Shown: positions 9,534-20,350, numbered from the stretch's first letter. The stretch is DNA of 64,000 bases from Opitutaceae bacterium (GCA_051252375.1 JBPOFY010000001.1:160001-224000); one strand, 5' to 3'. Notes: generated by a model not told the origin, from the letters alone. Translations and numbers: made by a program.

Positions 9534-12272
9534 TTATTCAGAAGCAGCTGCATCAATTGAGCGATTTGCAGCGCCAGCAGGAGTCATGATAGTTGGATTC
9601 TGGAACAGTGAATTTGCACTCACGTTACGATAATTCTGACGAGCAGGTGAGCCACCTGGGCTGACCAAGTTCGCAGTAACAAAGATCAAAAGGTTACGCT
9701 TTTGGCGTGTTTCACCCTCTGAACGGAAGAGGCGACCAAGACCTGGGATATCACCCAATACTGGCACCTTGTCGTTTACAGTCTTCACTTCATCGCGAGT
9801 CAAACCACCCATCACAACAGTCGCACCATCAAAGACGGTCACTTCTGTCGAGATTTCACGAGTGGAGAAGACGGGCTGGTAGAAGCCTGCAGGCACAGTG
9901 ACTGTAATACCACCGGTAACGGCAACACTTGGACCACCATACTCAACAAATCCTTCAAACTCAGTCACACGCGGCTCGAGAATCAAGCTAATGGTATCGT
10001 CATTTTCAACGTTCGGTGTTACTGACATCTCGACACCAATATTACGTGTTACGAAATCTTGAGGTGTGCCCGCTGTGATCGCAACCGCAGAACCTGCGGA
10101 GTCTCCGTTAGTGCTAGTACCACCGCCACTACGACCCACATCCGCTTCGATATCGCCGAAGCTTTCAGGGTAACGCAACTCTTGTGCGACTGTAATGGTT
10201 GCACGTTTGCCGGAAAGCACTGTCACCTTCGGGGCACTCATCAAATCGCTACCCACTTTACGGGATAAAGCACGGATCGCCAGATCCACATCGTAGCCGT
10301 TGAGCGACCATCCTGTGGCTGTGAACAAGCTCGAAGCGGAGGAAGCAAGATCAATAGCAGATGCGATGTCAGGTGCAGAATTATCAGCAACGACAGCGCC
10401 ATTAATTGTAATCGCGGAGTTATCTGAACTGATACCAAATGCATCGTTTAGACTGCGATTGTTGCCTGTGCTACCATTTCTGGCATATTCACCAGTTGGA
10501 TTGCCAAAGCTGTCTGCAATGGGGAAACCACCATCACTATACTGATTGAAGCCATCGCCAACAGTCCAGTCAAAGCCGACCTCTTCGAGATCGTTCTGCG
10601 TGACTTCAAGGAACTTCGCTTCGATTTCAACTTGCTTCACTTCATTGTAGTTACGAAGGATGATACGCATGCGCTCCAAGTTACGACGAGTTTGTGTAAC
10701 GATCAGTTGCTCACCATCGAAAGCGAGGCTGGTGCCTGCAACCTCGAAGTTAACACCTGCACTTTGGAAGAAACCTTGAAGGGCTTCGACTTCGTCAGTT
10801 GCAGAAGGACCGCCACCACCACCACCGGATGACGGCGGAGCAAATGGATCAACAGGGCCGGAAGAACCGCTGCCACCGCCATCACGGAAGCCAGTCAAAC
10901 GGATAACAGTTGCACGTGAAATCGGGAAGAACTCAGTAACTGTTGTTGAGCTACCGTCGATTGAGTCGCTTGGCGCAACAGTGACAGCGTCGTCGCCAAT
11001 GTCGTAATTGAAATTCACCTGTTGCGTAACGAATTGCAGGATACGGTCCAAGCTGAGGTTACGCAGGCTGATGTTTACGCGTGGGTTCTTTTCATTCGGA
11101 TCGAAAAGTGGCACGATGTTCACACCTTCTTTTTCGTCGTCATATTCAAGAGAAAGCTCAGAGAGCGTCTCGATAACACGAGTCAGTTCCATCCCGGAGA
11201 AGTTCACCTGTGGAATGACGATTGAGTTCATCTTTTGAGCCGTCTTACTCACGCCCGTGCCCTTACCCGGCTCTTTAACGGAAACGTCAAAGACCTTAGG
11301 ACGTTCCCAGCTTTGGTCGACCTCTGTGAGCATTTGCTCACGAGTCTTGTAGAAATTTTGCTTGTGCACACGACCTAGGATCTCAGCGATCTTGGTTTGG
11401 AATAGCTTGGCTTCCGGGTTGTTTGCATCACGTGCTTCCACTTCACGGAAAGTAGCGGATGCACCGTCATAGTCGCCATTCAAGTATTGAGCACGGCCAC
11501 GAGTCAGTAGGTCGCGAATGATTTTGCTTTGAGCAACATACTCTGGGCTGATCGAGTTGATATCCAATGCATACGGATCGGAAATACCCTTATTCAACTT
11601 GTTCTCCAAAGAGCGTGCTTTGGATTCGCTGCCTCCAGCGGCACGGTAAGTGTTAACAAGCTCTTCTGCGCCTTTCAGGTCGCCGGCATCAGCCATAGCT
11701 TTAGCTTCGGTAAGAATCACATTGGACTTCGCATCATCAATAGCATCGAGTGTGCTTGCTGTGGAAGTGCTACGTGTGAGGCTTGATGCAGCAGAGCTGA
11801 GCAAGCTGTTCGCATCTGAATAAGCACCTAATTTAACAAGCTTATCAGCTTCAGTAAGTGCATTCTTGGCAGCAGCCAACTTTTCAGATTGAGAAGCGGC
11901 AGCGGCAGCGGCGAGTGCATCAGCACCTGTTGCGCCGGACGTTGCTTGCATCGCTTCTTCAGCGCTCGCGTTTGGAGCTTGGCCATAAACAGCAGCACCA
12001 CCGTTACGGCGGTCCATTTCGTTATTGATGGAAGCGAGCAAGCGCTGGACGTTTTCGTCATTAGGAGCAATCTTGATCAGCTCCTCGGCTTTTGCCTTAG
12101 CAGTCTCGAGATTCCCGGAATCACGAGCACGCAGGGTTTCAGCCATCAGACGAATCTTCTCAGGCGTGCTTTGCGCGTCGACCGTGTGAGGGGCGATAAA
12201 TGTAAATGATCCAAGCGCACCAGCCATAAGAATGGCGGAAATGCGCATGCGTGCTGCGAGGTATTTTTTCAT
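9534..12272 (-). CDS. Secretin (GspD/PilQ type), Amuc_1098-like, with TPR-like N-terminal extension
   Basis: Signal peptide; QVEIEAKFLEV, APKVTVLSGKRATI and KVPVLGDIPGLGRLFRS secretin motifs; start set at ATG 12272. Confidence 0.9.
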   Translation of the reverse strand: MKKYLAARMRISAILMAGALGSFTFIAPHTVDAQSTPEKIRLMAETLRARDSGNLETAKAKAEELIKIAPNDENVQRLLASINNEMDRRNGGAAVYGQAPNASAEEAMQATSGATGADALAAAAAASQSEKLAAAKNALTEADKLVKLGAYSDANSLLSSAASSLTRSTSTASTLDAIDDAKSNVILTEAKAMADAGDLKGAEELVNTYRAAGGSESKARSLENKLNKGISDPYALDINSISPEYVAQSKIIRDLLTRGRAQYLNGDYDGASATFREVEARDANNPEAKLFQTKIAEILGRVHKQNFYKTREQMLTEVDQSWERPKVFDVSVKEPGKGTGVSKTAQKMNSIVIPQVNFSGMELTRVIETLSELSLEYDDEKEGVNIVPLFDPNEKNPRVNISLRNLSLDRILQFVTQQVNFNYDIGDDAVTVAPSDSIDGSSTTVTEFFPISRATVIRLTGFRDGGGSGSSGPVDPFAPPSSGGGGGGPSATDEVEALQGFFQSAGVNFEVAGTSLAFDGEQLIVTQTRRNLERMRIILRNYNEVKQVEIEAKFLEVTQNDLEEVGFDWTVGDGFNQYSDGGFPIADSFGNPTGEYARNGSTGNNRSLNDAFGISSDNSAITINGAVVADNSAPDIASAIDLASSASSLFTATGWSLNGYDVDLAIRALSRKVGSDLMSAPKVTVLSGKRATITVAQELRYPESFGDIEADVGRSGGGTSTNGDSAGSAVAITAGTPQDFVTRNIGVEMSVTPNVENDDTISLILEPRVTEFEGFVEYGGPSVAVTGGITVTVPAGFYQPVFSTREISTEVTVFDGATVVMGGLTRDEVKTVNDKVPVLGDIPGLGRLFRSEGETRQKRNLLIFVTANLVSPGGSPARQNYRNVSANSLFQNPTIMTPAGAANRSIDAAASE

Positions 12273-12312
12273 AATCAATTTCGGGAGTCGTGTTGTTTGT
12301 TAAAAGTTAGAT

Positions 12313-13215
12313 CTAAAAATCAATGCTAAAGGAGCCATCATCAAATGTGGCTTCTACTGCGGGGGTTGCGGGATTACTTATGGCTTGAGGGGCGGGCTTA
12401 CTAGTTTGCACGGAAAACACTTTTGTCTCCGCTTCACGTTCTTCATCCCCTTGTTTCTTCACTGTTACGGTCAATTCTTCAAGGTTAATTTGCTCTAGAG
12501 TATATTGACCCAGTGGAGTCTCAAATGCCTGGCCTTCCTTATTAAGTAAGACACGGACAGATGGGTCCTCTTTTGAAGCGATAGTAATGTCAATGGCTTC
12601 GACCATCAGACGCTCTCCGTGCTTCAGGGTAATTTCCTCATCCGTGCGTAGGTCTTGAATCTTAACAGTGGCTACTTTCTGAATATTTCCAGCGCCATCG
12701 CGAATACGCTCCACGTTGAAATCAATGACTTTAAACTCAGACTTTGCAACTTCTCGCCCGATACGAGTGCGGATACGCTGATCCAACTCTTCATCGAAGA
12801 GCAAAATCAACACTTTGGTCGGATCATCACGATCCTCCTCCACATAGCCTTCGATTTGGATGCGATATGGCTTGTTAGTTGTAAACTCAGCAAGATAGAC
12901 CCCGAATGGAGGTCCCTTCACGGGTGCCTTAATCGGAACATCCGTCAGCTGACCATTTGCATCAATATATATTTTAGGTGGCGTGAAGACGTCATACACC
13001 CAACCGGTAGATTGCTCTGTCGCCTCAGGCCAAGTAACTTGGATGTCAGTAGATGTTGGCACAGGAATGACCAAGTAGGCATCTCCTGTGGTCTCAGTAG
13101 AGATCGTCGGCTTACCTGGTGGGACAGCACCGGATTTAACGACATATAATCCCACTCCCGCGAGGAGTGCCAATACGGCCAGTGCTAATACAAGCTTATC
13201 GTAAACTTTATTCAT
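12313..13215 (-). CDS. Amuc_1099-like pilus-system membrane-anchored protein
   Basis: Single N-terminal TM; lies between an Amuc_1100-like gene and the secretin; YDVFTPPKIY motif; call is largely by synteny. Confidence 0.65.
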   Translation of the reverse strand: MNKVYDKLVLALAVLALLAGVGLYVVKSGAVPPGKPTISTETTGDAYLVIPVPTSTDIQVTWPEATEQSTGWVYDVFTPPKIYIDANGQLTDVPIKAPVKGPPFGVYLAEFTTNKPYRIQIEGYVEEDRDDPTKVLILLFDEELDQRIRTRIGREVAKSEFKVIDFNVERIRDGAGNIQKVATVKIQDLRTDEEITLKHGERLMVEAIDITIASKEDPSVRVLLNKEGQAFETPLGQYTLEQINLEELTVTVKKQGDEEREAETKVFSVQTSKPAPQAISNPATPAVEATFDDGSFSIDF

Positions 13216-13221
13216 GCGGGT

Positions 13222-14202
13222 CTAAGAAGGGTTATTCTCCGATTCGGAAGGGATGATAATTTCAATAAATTCGAGAACGACCGTAAAAGTCGAAATATTC
13301 TCTGAGATAACAGGCTTTTGGTCTTCTTTGGGCTCCTCTGCTGAAGCTGGCGAAGTGCCACCAAAGCCGCCGAATAGGTCTTCGAGACCGCCGCCGCTTG
13401 GCTTTGCAACCGCAACGGTTTCACTGCCTTGCGGACGATCCACTTCAATACTTCGAACGACAATAGGCAGATCGAATTGAGCAAGACTGTTTATAAATAT
13501 ACGAAGCGAATCGGTGTAACCTTGGAAAGTGATACTAAAGGCAAGCGTGTCGATGGCGCCAGGCACACGCGCAGAGATTGCTGAAGCGATCTTAAAGCCA
13601 GACTGGGCAGTGGCTTTAGCCTCTTTGCCGGTCTTCTTGACTTCAAGCAACTCACGCTCGACGGCTTTGATCGCAGTGGGATTAGCGGTGAGCAATTTAT
13701 CAAGCAGGTAGACCAAAATTTGACGCTGCTTATCCATGGCCATGTTCGCCTTCTTATCCTGAATGGGCTCTCCCTTTTCTAAATAGAGTTCAAAACCGAA
13801 TCCAAAATTTGATTCCGTCAGAGGTGTCACCTCTCCCTCGGCATCAGTAAAGGTCGCCGCGCGGCGCTGGTATTCAGAGAGAAATTGCTGAATCGATGAC
13901 ATAACGCGGACACCATCCCGCGAAACAGTCATCTGAGAGCCGCGTTGCAGATTCAAGCGAATCTTCTCCAGCTCGTCCACCAAGTCGGCGACATTCTGTT
14001 CGGCTGCGGCAACGTTCTGAGCACTCGGCGCGGGCGAAGCCACAAGCAAATTCTTTAATTGAGCCTCAGCGCTATTAATTTTTTTCTGGGCTGAATCGAC
14101 CTTGCCAGCCTCAGCAAATGTGAGGTAAGCGCCCGCGGCAAATGCCAGCAGACAGATCAAGATCAGCAGAGATAAGGCTAGATTTTTCTTAATAAAATCC
14201 AT
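13222..14202 (-). CDS. Amuc_1100-like (PilO-position) pilus-system protein
   Basis: N-terminal TM plus coiled coil; FGFxxY...AFSITFQG...LRIFINSL...PIVVRSIEV resembles the PilO/Amuc_1100 ferredoxin-like domain; follows PilM. Confidence 0.7.
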   Translation of the reverse strand: MDFIKKNLALSLLILICLLAFAAGAYLTFAEAGKVDSAQKKINSAEAQLKNLLVASPAPSAQNVAAAEQNVADLVDELEKIRLNLQRGSQMTVSRDGVRVMSSIQQFLSEYQRRAATFTDAEGEVTPLTESNFGFGFELYLEKGEPIQDKKANMAMDKQRQILVYLLDKLLTANPTAIKAVERELLEVKKTGKEAKATAQSGFKIASAISARVPGAIDTLAFSITFQGYTDSLRIFINSLAQFDLPIVVRSIEVDRPQGSETVAVAKPSGGGLEDLFGGFGGTSPASAEEPKEDQKPVISENISTFTVVLEFIEIIIPSESENNPS

Positions 14203-14207
14203 GATTA

Positions 14208-15875
14208 TTATAGTGGCTTAGCAGGGTCGACGACCAAGTTAATGCTAAAAGGGAGAACGGGCAGGCCTTCGCGAAGTCTCGTCCAAGTGAGAGTGGGGCC
14301 TACAGAGGAAACGACAAATTCAGATTCCTCAAAGCTAGATTGAAGGCCATTAATACGACGGGTAAGCACTTCTTCGTCGATAGCTGTTCCGCCTTCTACT
14401 TTATCGCGCACGAGCATTTGCCCCATGACTACGACTTCATACGAAGGCTTACCATCTTTCGACACCGCGCGGATAACTTTCAAATCATCCAGCCAAACAT
14501 CTTCAGCCGTCGTGAGACTCTCTTGGAGTTCAGCAAAAAACTGAATCCAATTCGTCTTCGAGTTGAGCAACCCTTCGACACGCTTGATAGAATCGCCTAG
14601 AGCTTTCGCTTTTTCGGCATTTTCTTGAATCGCCAACTTACGCCCTTGAATCGGAGCCACTTCAGCTTGAGTCGCACGAGCCACTTCCTCATAGCCAGCA
14701 CTCACTTGCTTATAAGCAACATAGGCCGGCCAAGGAGCCAAGGCGAACAATATGGCAGCCGCATATAGAAACGGCTTTTTCGCGGAGAATGCCATTTCGC
14801 TCTGAATGTCATCAGGCAGCAAATTGACACCTGCGCTATCTGGAAGCGAATTACGAACGGCCTCACCGATAATCTCACCGACTTGCAAGCGAAGCTCCTC
14901 CATCGGGATTGAGATGTCGGCATCCAAGGTGACACCTTGAAGTGGGTCGAAGTATTCAACCTCAATTTTTTGAGATGCTGCAAGTTTCTCTGCGAGCCCC
15001 GTCAACAAGGCACCGCGACCATTTAACAAAATGCGCTTCGGCGCATTGCCTTGCTTTTGTCGGCGATAATTGACGATCGAACGAGTAATTTCTTGGCTCA
15101 TCCGACGGATAAAAGAGTCCGCGCAAGTAGTTAGGAGCTTACCTCCGGAGTCATCATCCGAGTAGCTAGAGTCATCACCGAAGAACTTGTGCTTCACCTC
15201 TTGCGCTTGGGCAAATGGCTTACCGATGCTATCGGCGATATTTTGCGTGAGTGTATTACCACCAAGTGCAATGTTCCGCACAAAGAATTCATCTCCGTTA
15301 CAGAACAACAAGTTGGTAGAACGCGCACCGACATTAATCAGCAGCACATCCTCAGTCTGCCCCGGATATGCGAACTGAAGTGCATTAAAATCAAGCACTG
15401 TAGCGGCACTAATTGCCTCAACTACTAATCCTGCAGATGCAACACTGCGGCAGATGTCATCAATCGTGTTCGACTTACAAGCGATAAAAAGAACCTCGGT
15501 CTCAACACCATCGTCGCCGACCACTTGGCTATCCCAAACTACTTCGTGCAATGGATAAGGGATGTTCTGTTGCGCTTCAAAGGCTATCACCTGAGCACGT
15601 TTTGACTCATCCACATTGGCAATACGAATGGTCTTAGTCAGGACCTGATTGCCAGGAATAATTATAGTCGCCTTACCGGAAAGCTTATGGGTGCGAGCTA
15701 AGGCTTGAAGCGCATCACCTACGGCGCCGACCCAAGCATCGTCATTCGAGTAATCGTATTGAAGACGCTCGTAGACAAGCTTGTCGATTTGAAAGCCGTT
15801 ACCCTGTGAAGACACATAGGCAGCGGTGACGCGACTCGCCCCGCAATTAATAATCAATCGTTTTGAATTACTCAT
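14208..15875 (-). CDS. pilM: PilM-PilN fusion-like pilus assembly protein (Amuc_1101-like)
   Basis: Actin-like motifs LLINVGARSTNL, LGGNTLTQNIA, EITRSIVNY; then VNLLP + TM + coiled coil + VWLDDL (PilN-like). Confidence 0.85.
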   Translation of the reverse strand: MSNSKRLIINCGASRVTAAYVSSQGNGFQIDKLVYERLQYDYSNDDAWVGAVGDALQALARTHKLSGKATIIIPGNQVLTKTIRIANVDESKRAQVIAFEAQQNIPYPLHEVVWDSQVVGDDGVETEVLFIACKSNTIDDICRSVASAGLVVEAISAATVLDFNALQFAYPGQTEDVLLINVGARSTNLLFCNGDEFFVRNIALGGNTLTQNIADSIGKPFAQAQEVKHKFFGDDSSYSDDDSGGKLLTTCADSFIRRMSQEITRSIVNYRRQKQGNAPKRILLNGRGALLTGLAEKLAASQKIEVEYFDPLQGVTLDADISIPMEELRLQVGEIIGEAVRNSLPDSAGVNLLPDDIQSEMAFSAKKPFLYAAAILFALAPWPAYVAYKQVSAGYEEVARATQAEVAPIQGRKLAIQENAEKAKALGDSIKRVEGLLNSKTNWIQFFAELQESLTTAEDVWLDDLKVIRAVSKDGKPSYEVVVMGQMLVRDKVEGGTAIDEEVLTRRINGLQSSFEESEFVVSSVGPTLTWTRLREGLPVLPFSINLVVDPAKPL

Positions 15876-15920
15876 GTATTCTGTTTCTTATAAATAGTGT
15901 TGTCGTCAAGGAGCACCACA

Positions 15921-16505
15921 CTACTTGCGGACATCGCGACGCAAGAACGTAGGCATGTCGCTGATGCGTCCAAGGTATTCTGCAGGACAAAAATAGACAG
16001 GCATCAATAAGTGCTCGTTTTGACCCGTTGCGTTAGAAGTAAATGTAGTCAGAGCTGGAAGATTTGGGATATTCGGGCTAAACGCCTTAGAACCTTTACG
16101 GGGTGGCTGCACAGCCCCCTTCACTGAGACTTCAACATAGTAATACTTTGGCTCTTGAGGCTGAATCTGGTCGCGCTCAACAATCAAGCCAGGGAGATAA
16201 AAATAAACGTTATAATTCTCGCCCTTCTCCATGATGACGATCTCTAACTCAGAGGAATAATAATCAAACGTTTCGGCATACTTGCTCTCATACGCGAGAT
16301 ACACTTTCACTTTAATTTCTTCAACGTATCGAGAGTCGCGCGCATCCGGCAGTTTATTATCACCACAATTCAATTCGATCTCCATCTGGATCCAATCATC
16401 GTCGGTCTTATTAAAATCGACTTTCTTTACCTCTACAGCCTCTTGGGCAAATGCAGTGATCGCGGAGACGATAAATATAAATATAGGGTATAAAGTTTTT
16501 TTCAT
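15921..16505 (-). CDS. Exported protein heading the pilus operon (Amuc_1102-like)
   Basis: Signal peptide ending AFA-Q; first gene of the five-gene co-oriented cluster; call by synteny. Confidence 0.6.
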   Translation of the reverse strand: MKKTLYPIFIFIVSAITAFAQEAVEVKKVDFNKTDDDWIQMEIELNCGDNKLPDARDSRYVEEIKVKVYLAYESKYAETFDYYSSELEIVIMEKGENYNVYFYLPGLIVERDQIQPQEPKYYYVEVSVKGAVQPPRKGSKAFSPNIPNLPALTTFTSNATGQNEHLLMPVYFCPAEYLGRISDMPTFLRRDVRK

Positions 16506-16698
16506 AACAGTTTATGGGGAATGACTGGTATTCGTGCTGAATACGGGTATGAACCTTAGACAGTTACGTGCCTGTCAGACGTATAGCAAACCATTTTTGC
16601 CCCAGTTTACCAATTTAACGTATATTTTGAGGCACTAATTAATATTATATAGAAAATTGATTTGCGATTCACTCTATCCCGCAAAAATTTCACCCCCC

Positions 16699-17196
16699 AT
16701 GGCTTCTCCTTTACCATACAAAATCAGTGCGTTGGTCTTCGTGCAAAACACCGCCGGCGAACATCTACTAATTCAGCGCCGTAAAGCGCCAAATAAAGGC
16801 TGCTGGAGCCCAATCGGCGGCAAGTTAGATATGAGCACGGGCGAATCTCCTTACGAGTGTGCACGCCGAGAAATTGCCGAGGAAATTGGGCTGACCACGA
16901 CCGACCAAGATCTACACTGCTTCGGCTACATCGCCGAAAAGAGTTATGAAGGTGCCGGGCATTGGCTGATGTTTTTATTCGACTGCACCAAGCGCATCGA
17001 AAAATTACCCTCCACCATCGACGAGGGGCACTTCGCTTTTTATTCACGGATCGCAATCGACACCCTCGCGATTCCTGAAACAGACAAAAGCCTCGTCTGG
17101 CCTTATTACGACCAGTTCCACAAGGGCTTCATCGGGCTACGTGCCGACTGCGCCACGGATGGGCAACTACAGATCATAGAAGAGCTCAAGCTCTAG
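16699..17196 (+). CDS. NUDIX hydrolase
   Basis: GGKLDMSTGESPYECARREIAEEIGL Nudix box; start moved to ATG 16699. Confidence 0.9.
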   Translation: MASPLPYKISALVFVQNTAGEHLLIQRRKAPNKGCWSPIGGKLDMSTGESPYECARREIAEEIGLTTTDQDLHCFGYIAEKSYEGAGHWLMFLFDCTKRIEKLPSTIDEGHFAFYSRIAIDTLAIPETDKSLVWPYYDQFHKGFIGLRADCATDGQLQIIEELKL

Positions 17197-17205
17197 AACT
17201 CAAAA

Positions 17206-18279
17206 TCAACCCGCGGGCTTAAAGCAGCCCGCCTGCACCTCGACGACGGACCATGACTCCGCATCCTGCGGCAATTCCGTCCCCGTCGCGATGATCTGGT
17301 AGTCCGCAGGGCAGGCTTTCCAGAACCCTGCCTTTCGGTGCGGGTCTAACTCACCCAACACATCGTCCGCAAGAATGACAGGCTTCAATCCGAGGCGATC
17401 ATGGAAAATACGCGCCTGAGCAATCCGCAAAGCCACGCACAGACCACGCTGTTGCCCGTCCGAGGCATACTCCCGCGCACCACCGATGGATAAGCACAAA
17501 TTGAAATCATCACGATGCGGCCCTTTTTGAGTGGAGCCCATCATTTCGTCGCGACGACGATTCTCATGAAGCAACTGACAGTATGAATCCGCATCTCCCA
17601 AAGGCACGCTGGGCTTAAAGTCGAGTTCCGGTCCCTCCTCTGCTTCAGCAATATCAGCATACACCTTGATCAAATGCTGGCGGATCACCTCCACCTCAGC
17701 GGCACGATGCTGCCCGACAAGCACGGCATATGGCGCGATTTCCGCCTCGAACGCAGACAGCTCCCCAGCAGAACCGCCTTTTTTCAATAAACGATTACGC
17801 TCGGCGACGCCTCGATGATAGTTACGCAGTGCATCATAATAGACGGGATCGACAGCCGAAAGCGTGAGGTCAACAAAGCGGCGGCGCTCAGCGGGAGCAC
17901 CTCGCAAGATCATCAAATCGCCCGCGCTCAATGGCACCACAGGAAAGCGCCCAATAAAATCTCCCAAGCGTGACACACGCTGACCATCGAGCTGCACCTT
18001 TCGCCCAGCGGAACCAGACTGCACCTCCAACTCCGTTCGCCCCAACGACTCATGCTCCACCGAGTATACCGCCGCAAAGCTAGACTCACCCTGCCTTGTC
18101 AGCGCAGACATACTTTGCGTCCGGAAAGAGCGCAGCGCCGTGACCAAGCCCAAAGCCTCTAATAAATTCGATTTCCCCTGCCCATTCGCACCGACTAAAA
18201 AACTACGGTCCGCCTGCAAATCCAGCTCCGCAAAAGCAATATTACGGAAATTCTGCAGACGAAGATAGTGGAAGCGCAT
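17206..18279 (-). CDS. recF: DNA replication/repair protein RecF
   Basis: LQNFRN, GANGQGKSNLLEA Walker A, GPHRDD, SDGQQR, DDVLGELD. Confidence 0.95.
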   Translation of the reverse strand: MRFHYLRLQNFRNIAFAELDLQADRSFLVGANGQGKSNLLEALGLVTALRSFRTQSMSALTRQGESSFAAVYSVEHESLGRTELEVQSGSAGRKVQLDGQRVSRLGDFIGRFPVVPLSAGDLMILRGAPAERRRFVDLTLSAVDPVYYDALRNYHRGVAERNRLLKKGGSAGELSAFEAEIAPYAVLVGQHRAAEVEVIRQHLIKVYADIAEAEEGPELDFKPSVPLGDADSYCQLLHENRRRDEMMGSTQKGPHRDDFNLCLSIGGAREYASDGQQRGLCVALRIAQARIFHDRLGLKPVILADDVLGELDPHRKAGFWKACPADYQIIATGTELPQDAESWSVVEVQAGCFKPAG

Positions 18280-18294
18280 AATCGACTAGAACTG

Positions 18295-19449
18295 TTAAAT
18301 TGAAATAACTTGAGTGCCAGAGTCAGCCGCATCCGACTTCAAGGACTCATGGCTTTCGCAAATCGCCACGTGCAATGCTTGCCAATCTGCTTCTGCTGCA
18401 TCGTAGCCCGAGCTAATGCGCAAGACTCGGCGCATGGCAGATGAGTCGACCCCCATAGCAGCCAACACATGCGATGCGCCCTCCTTGCCAGTCGAGCACG
18501 CAGATCCTGCCGACACGTAGAAGCCACGCTTTTCCAACGCACGAATCCAGCGCTCACTCGCAAAGCTAGGCATTATGACCGAAACCGTATTGCACAAACA
18601 AACCGCGCCTTCGCCGAGAACTTGAGCAGCCGGCATCGCAGCTTTGAGTCCATCGATGAATTGCAGACGACCTGCGGCGCCTAGATGTCTCCTGTCGGTG
18701 ACCTTAAGCGCCTCCAACATTGCCATCACCCCAGCCACGTCCTCAGTGCCAGCGCGACGCCCCTGCTCTTGGGCACCTCCAAATGCGCTCGAAAACCCGC
18801 AAGCAGTCGCCGGCAAGACGAGGAAGCCCACACCGCGCGGACCACCGAATTTGTGCGCGCACCCGGTCAAATAATCACATGCGCCCAAGCCCTGCAGTGG
18901 CATTTTACCCACCCACTGTGACGCATCGCAGTGAAACGGACGTCCCTCTCGACGGCAGACCTGGGCGATCTCTGCCCAAGGGTTCAGCAAGCCAGTTTCA
19001 TTATTAGCTGCCATCACAGAAACCGCAGCGAGCGCACCCGTTTTTAGCAATTCTGATAAAGGTCCCACCGCCACCGCGCCCTGCGCATCCAGCGGCAACC
19101 AAGTCACACGATCACCAAAGTAATGCTTCGCCGCTTCAATCACACTCGGGTGCTCGGTCGGGCTCACGCCGACGACACTGCCTTGCGGCAAATGCTTCGC
19201 CCAATGCGCAAAGACTGCGTTATTTCCCTCCGTAGCACCGGAATTAAAAATCAATCGCTCGGGCGCCAACCCCAGCAATTCAGCCATAGCTCCACGGGCG
19301 GCTTCCAACTGCACATGCACTTGCGCAGCAGCGCGGTAAGGACTGGAGGGGTTGAGCCAACACGCTTCCGCGGCTTGGCTCCAAGTAGCCTGGGCCTCCG
19401 CCAACAGTGGCGTCGTCGCATTGTGATCAAAATAACCTTTCAAGTTCAT
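18295..19449 (-). CDS. Cysteine desulfurase (IscS/NifS family)
   Basis: YFDHNATTP, NSGATEGNN, ANNETG, AHKFGGPRG (PLP Lys), SAGSACS catalytic Cys. Confidence 0.92.
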   Translation of the reverse strand: MNLKGYFDHNATTPLLAEAQATWSQAAEACWLNPSSPYRAAAQVHVQLEAARGAMAELLGLAPERLIFNSGATEGNNAVFAHWAKHLPQGSVVGVSPTEHPSVIEAAKHYFGDRVTWLPLDAQGAVAVGPLSELLKTGALAAVSVMAANNETGLLNPWAEIAQVCRREGRPFHCDASQWVGKMPLQGLGACDYLTGCAHKFGGPRGVGFLVLPATACGFSSAFGGAQEQGRRAGTEDVAGVMAMLEALKVTDRRHLGAAGRLQFIDGLKAAMPAAQVLGEGAVCLCNTVSVIMPSFASERWIRALEKRGFYVSAGSACSTGKEGASHVLAAMGVDSSAMRRVLRISSGYDAAEADWQALHVAICESHESLKSDAADSGTQVISI

Positions 19450-19511
19450 CAACGCAGCATCGTAGTTATGATCGTGAAAGCGTCAATCGGAGCCGCAGAG
19501 AATCGAATCAC

Positions 19512-20303
19512 TCAAGGAATACGAATCACTTGCCCGACTTTGAGCGCATTTTCACTACGCAAACGGTCACGATTTGCTTGATAGATATCAATCCAACGCG
19601 AAGGCGTGCCGTAGTAGCGTGAACTGATCGTGCTCAAAGTATCGCCCGACTGCACGGTATGCGTGCGAGGCACAGAAGCCGGGTTGGGAGTCGCGGGCGC
19701 TGTCTGGCGAGTCTGTTGCACTTGTGCGGTGGTCGTGCGCTGTTGGGTGGCATTCGCTTGCTGCGTATTTTGCACGGTAGGCACGCTACGGGCCTGCCCG
19801 ACCATCGCCTGCAATTGCTGCACACGTGCCTGCGCTGCGACCAAATCACGCTTCAAGCTGTCATTCTCAAGCTTCAGATTCTTTACCAGCTCCATTAAAT
19901 CGATTCGATCCAGCTCACCCTGGTAAGGTTGCGCCGGCAACTGGCGGGCAAACTCTTTTTGCGCGGTCTCAATCAACTGACGCACTTGTGACGCTTGAGG
20001 AGACTGTGGCTTAAACTGTAGGTAGCGGTCAAAATGATAGATCGCACGCACTGGATCTTTAAGCTCACCCAAGTAGATGTAACCTGCCTCAAAATGTGAC
20101 TCGGGCGAATCTCGACGAGCATCGATCACGCGATGAAAGGCACTCAGCGCCTCTTCCATTCGCCCTTCACCCTTATATTTTTGAGCCAACTGATACTGTT
20201 TCTCATCCGTCTCGTTCACTAACTCTACCCCGCTCGGAGCGCAGCCGGAAAACAATGCGACAAAAAGAGCGATCATAGGAACAGCTAGAGACAAAGACTT
20301 CAT
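19512..20303 (-). CDS. Lipoprotein with TPR, coiled coil and C-terminal LysM domain
   Basis: Start moved to ATG 20303 (the longer ORF overlaps rsmE); lipobox FSG-C; HTVQSGDTLSTISSRYYG...IYQAN...LKVGQVIRIP LysM. Confidence 0.85.
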   Translation of the reverse strand: MKSLSLAVPMIALFVALFSGCAPSGVELVNETDEKQYQLAQKYKGEGRMEEALSAFHRVIDARRDSPESHFEAGYIYLGELKDPVRAIYHFDRYLQFKPQSPQASQVRQLIETAQKEFARQLPAQPYQGELDRIDLMELVKNLKLENDSLKRDLVAAQARVQQLQAMVGQARSVPTVQNTQQANATQQRTTTAQVQQTRQTAPATPNPASVPRTHTVQSGDTLSTISSRYYGTPSRWIDIYQANRDRLRSENALKVGQVIRIP

Positions 20304-20350
20304 AGAACTGTGTGTTAAATCTGCACTGTTTTCCGTCAACGCTATTCGCT

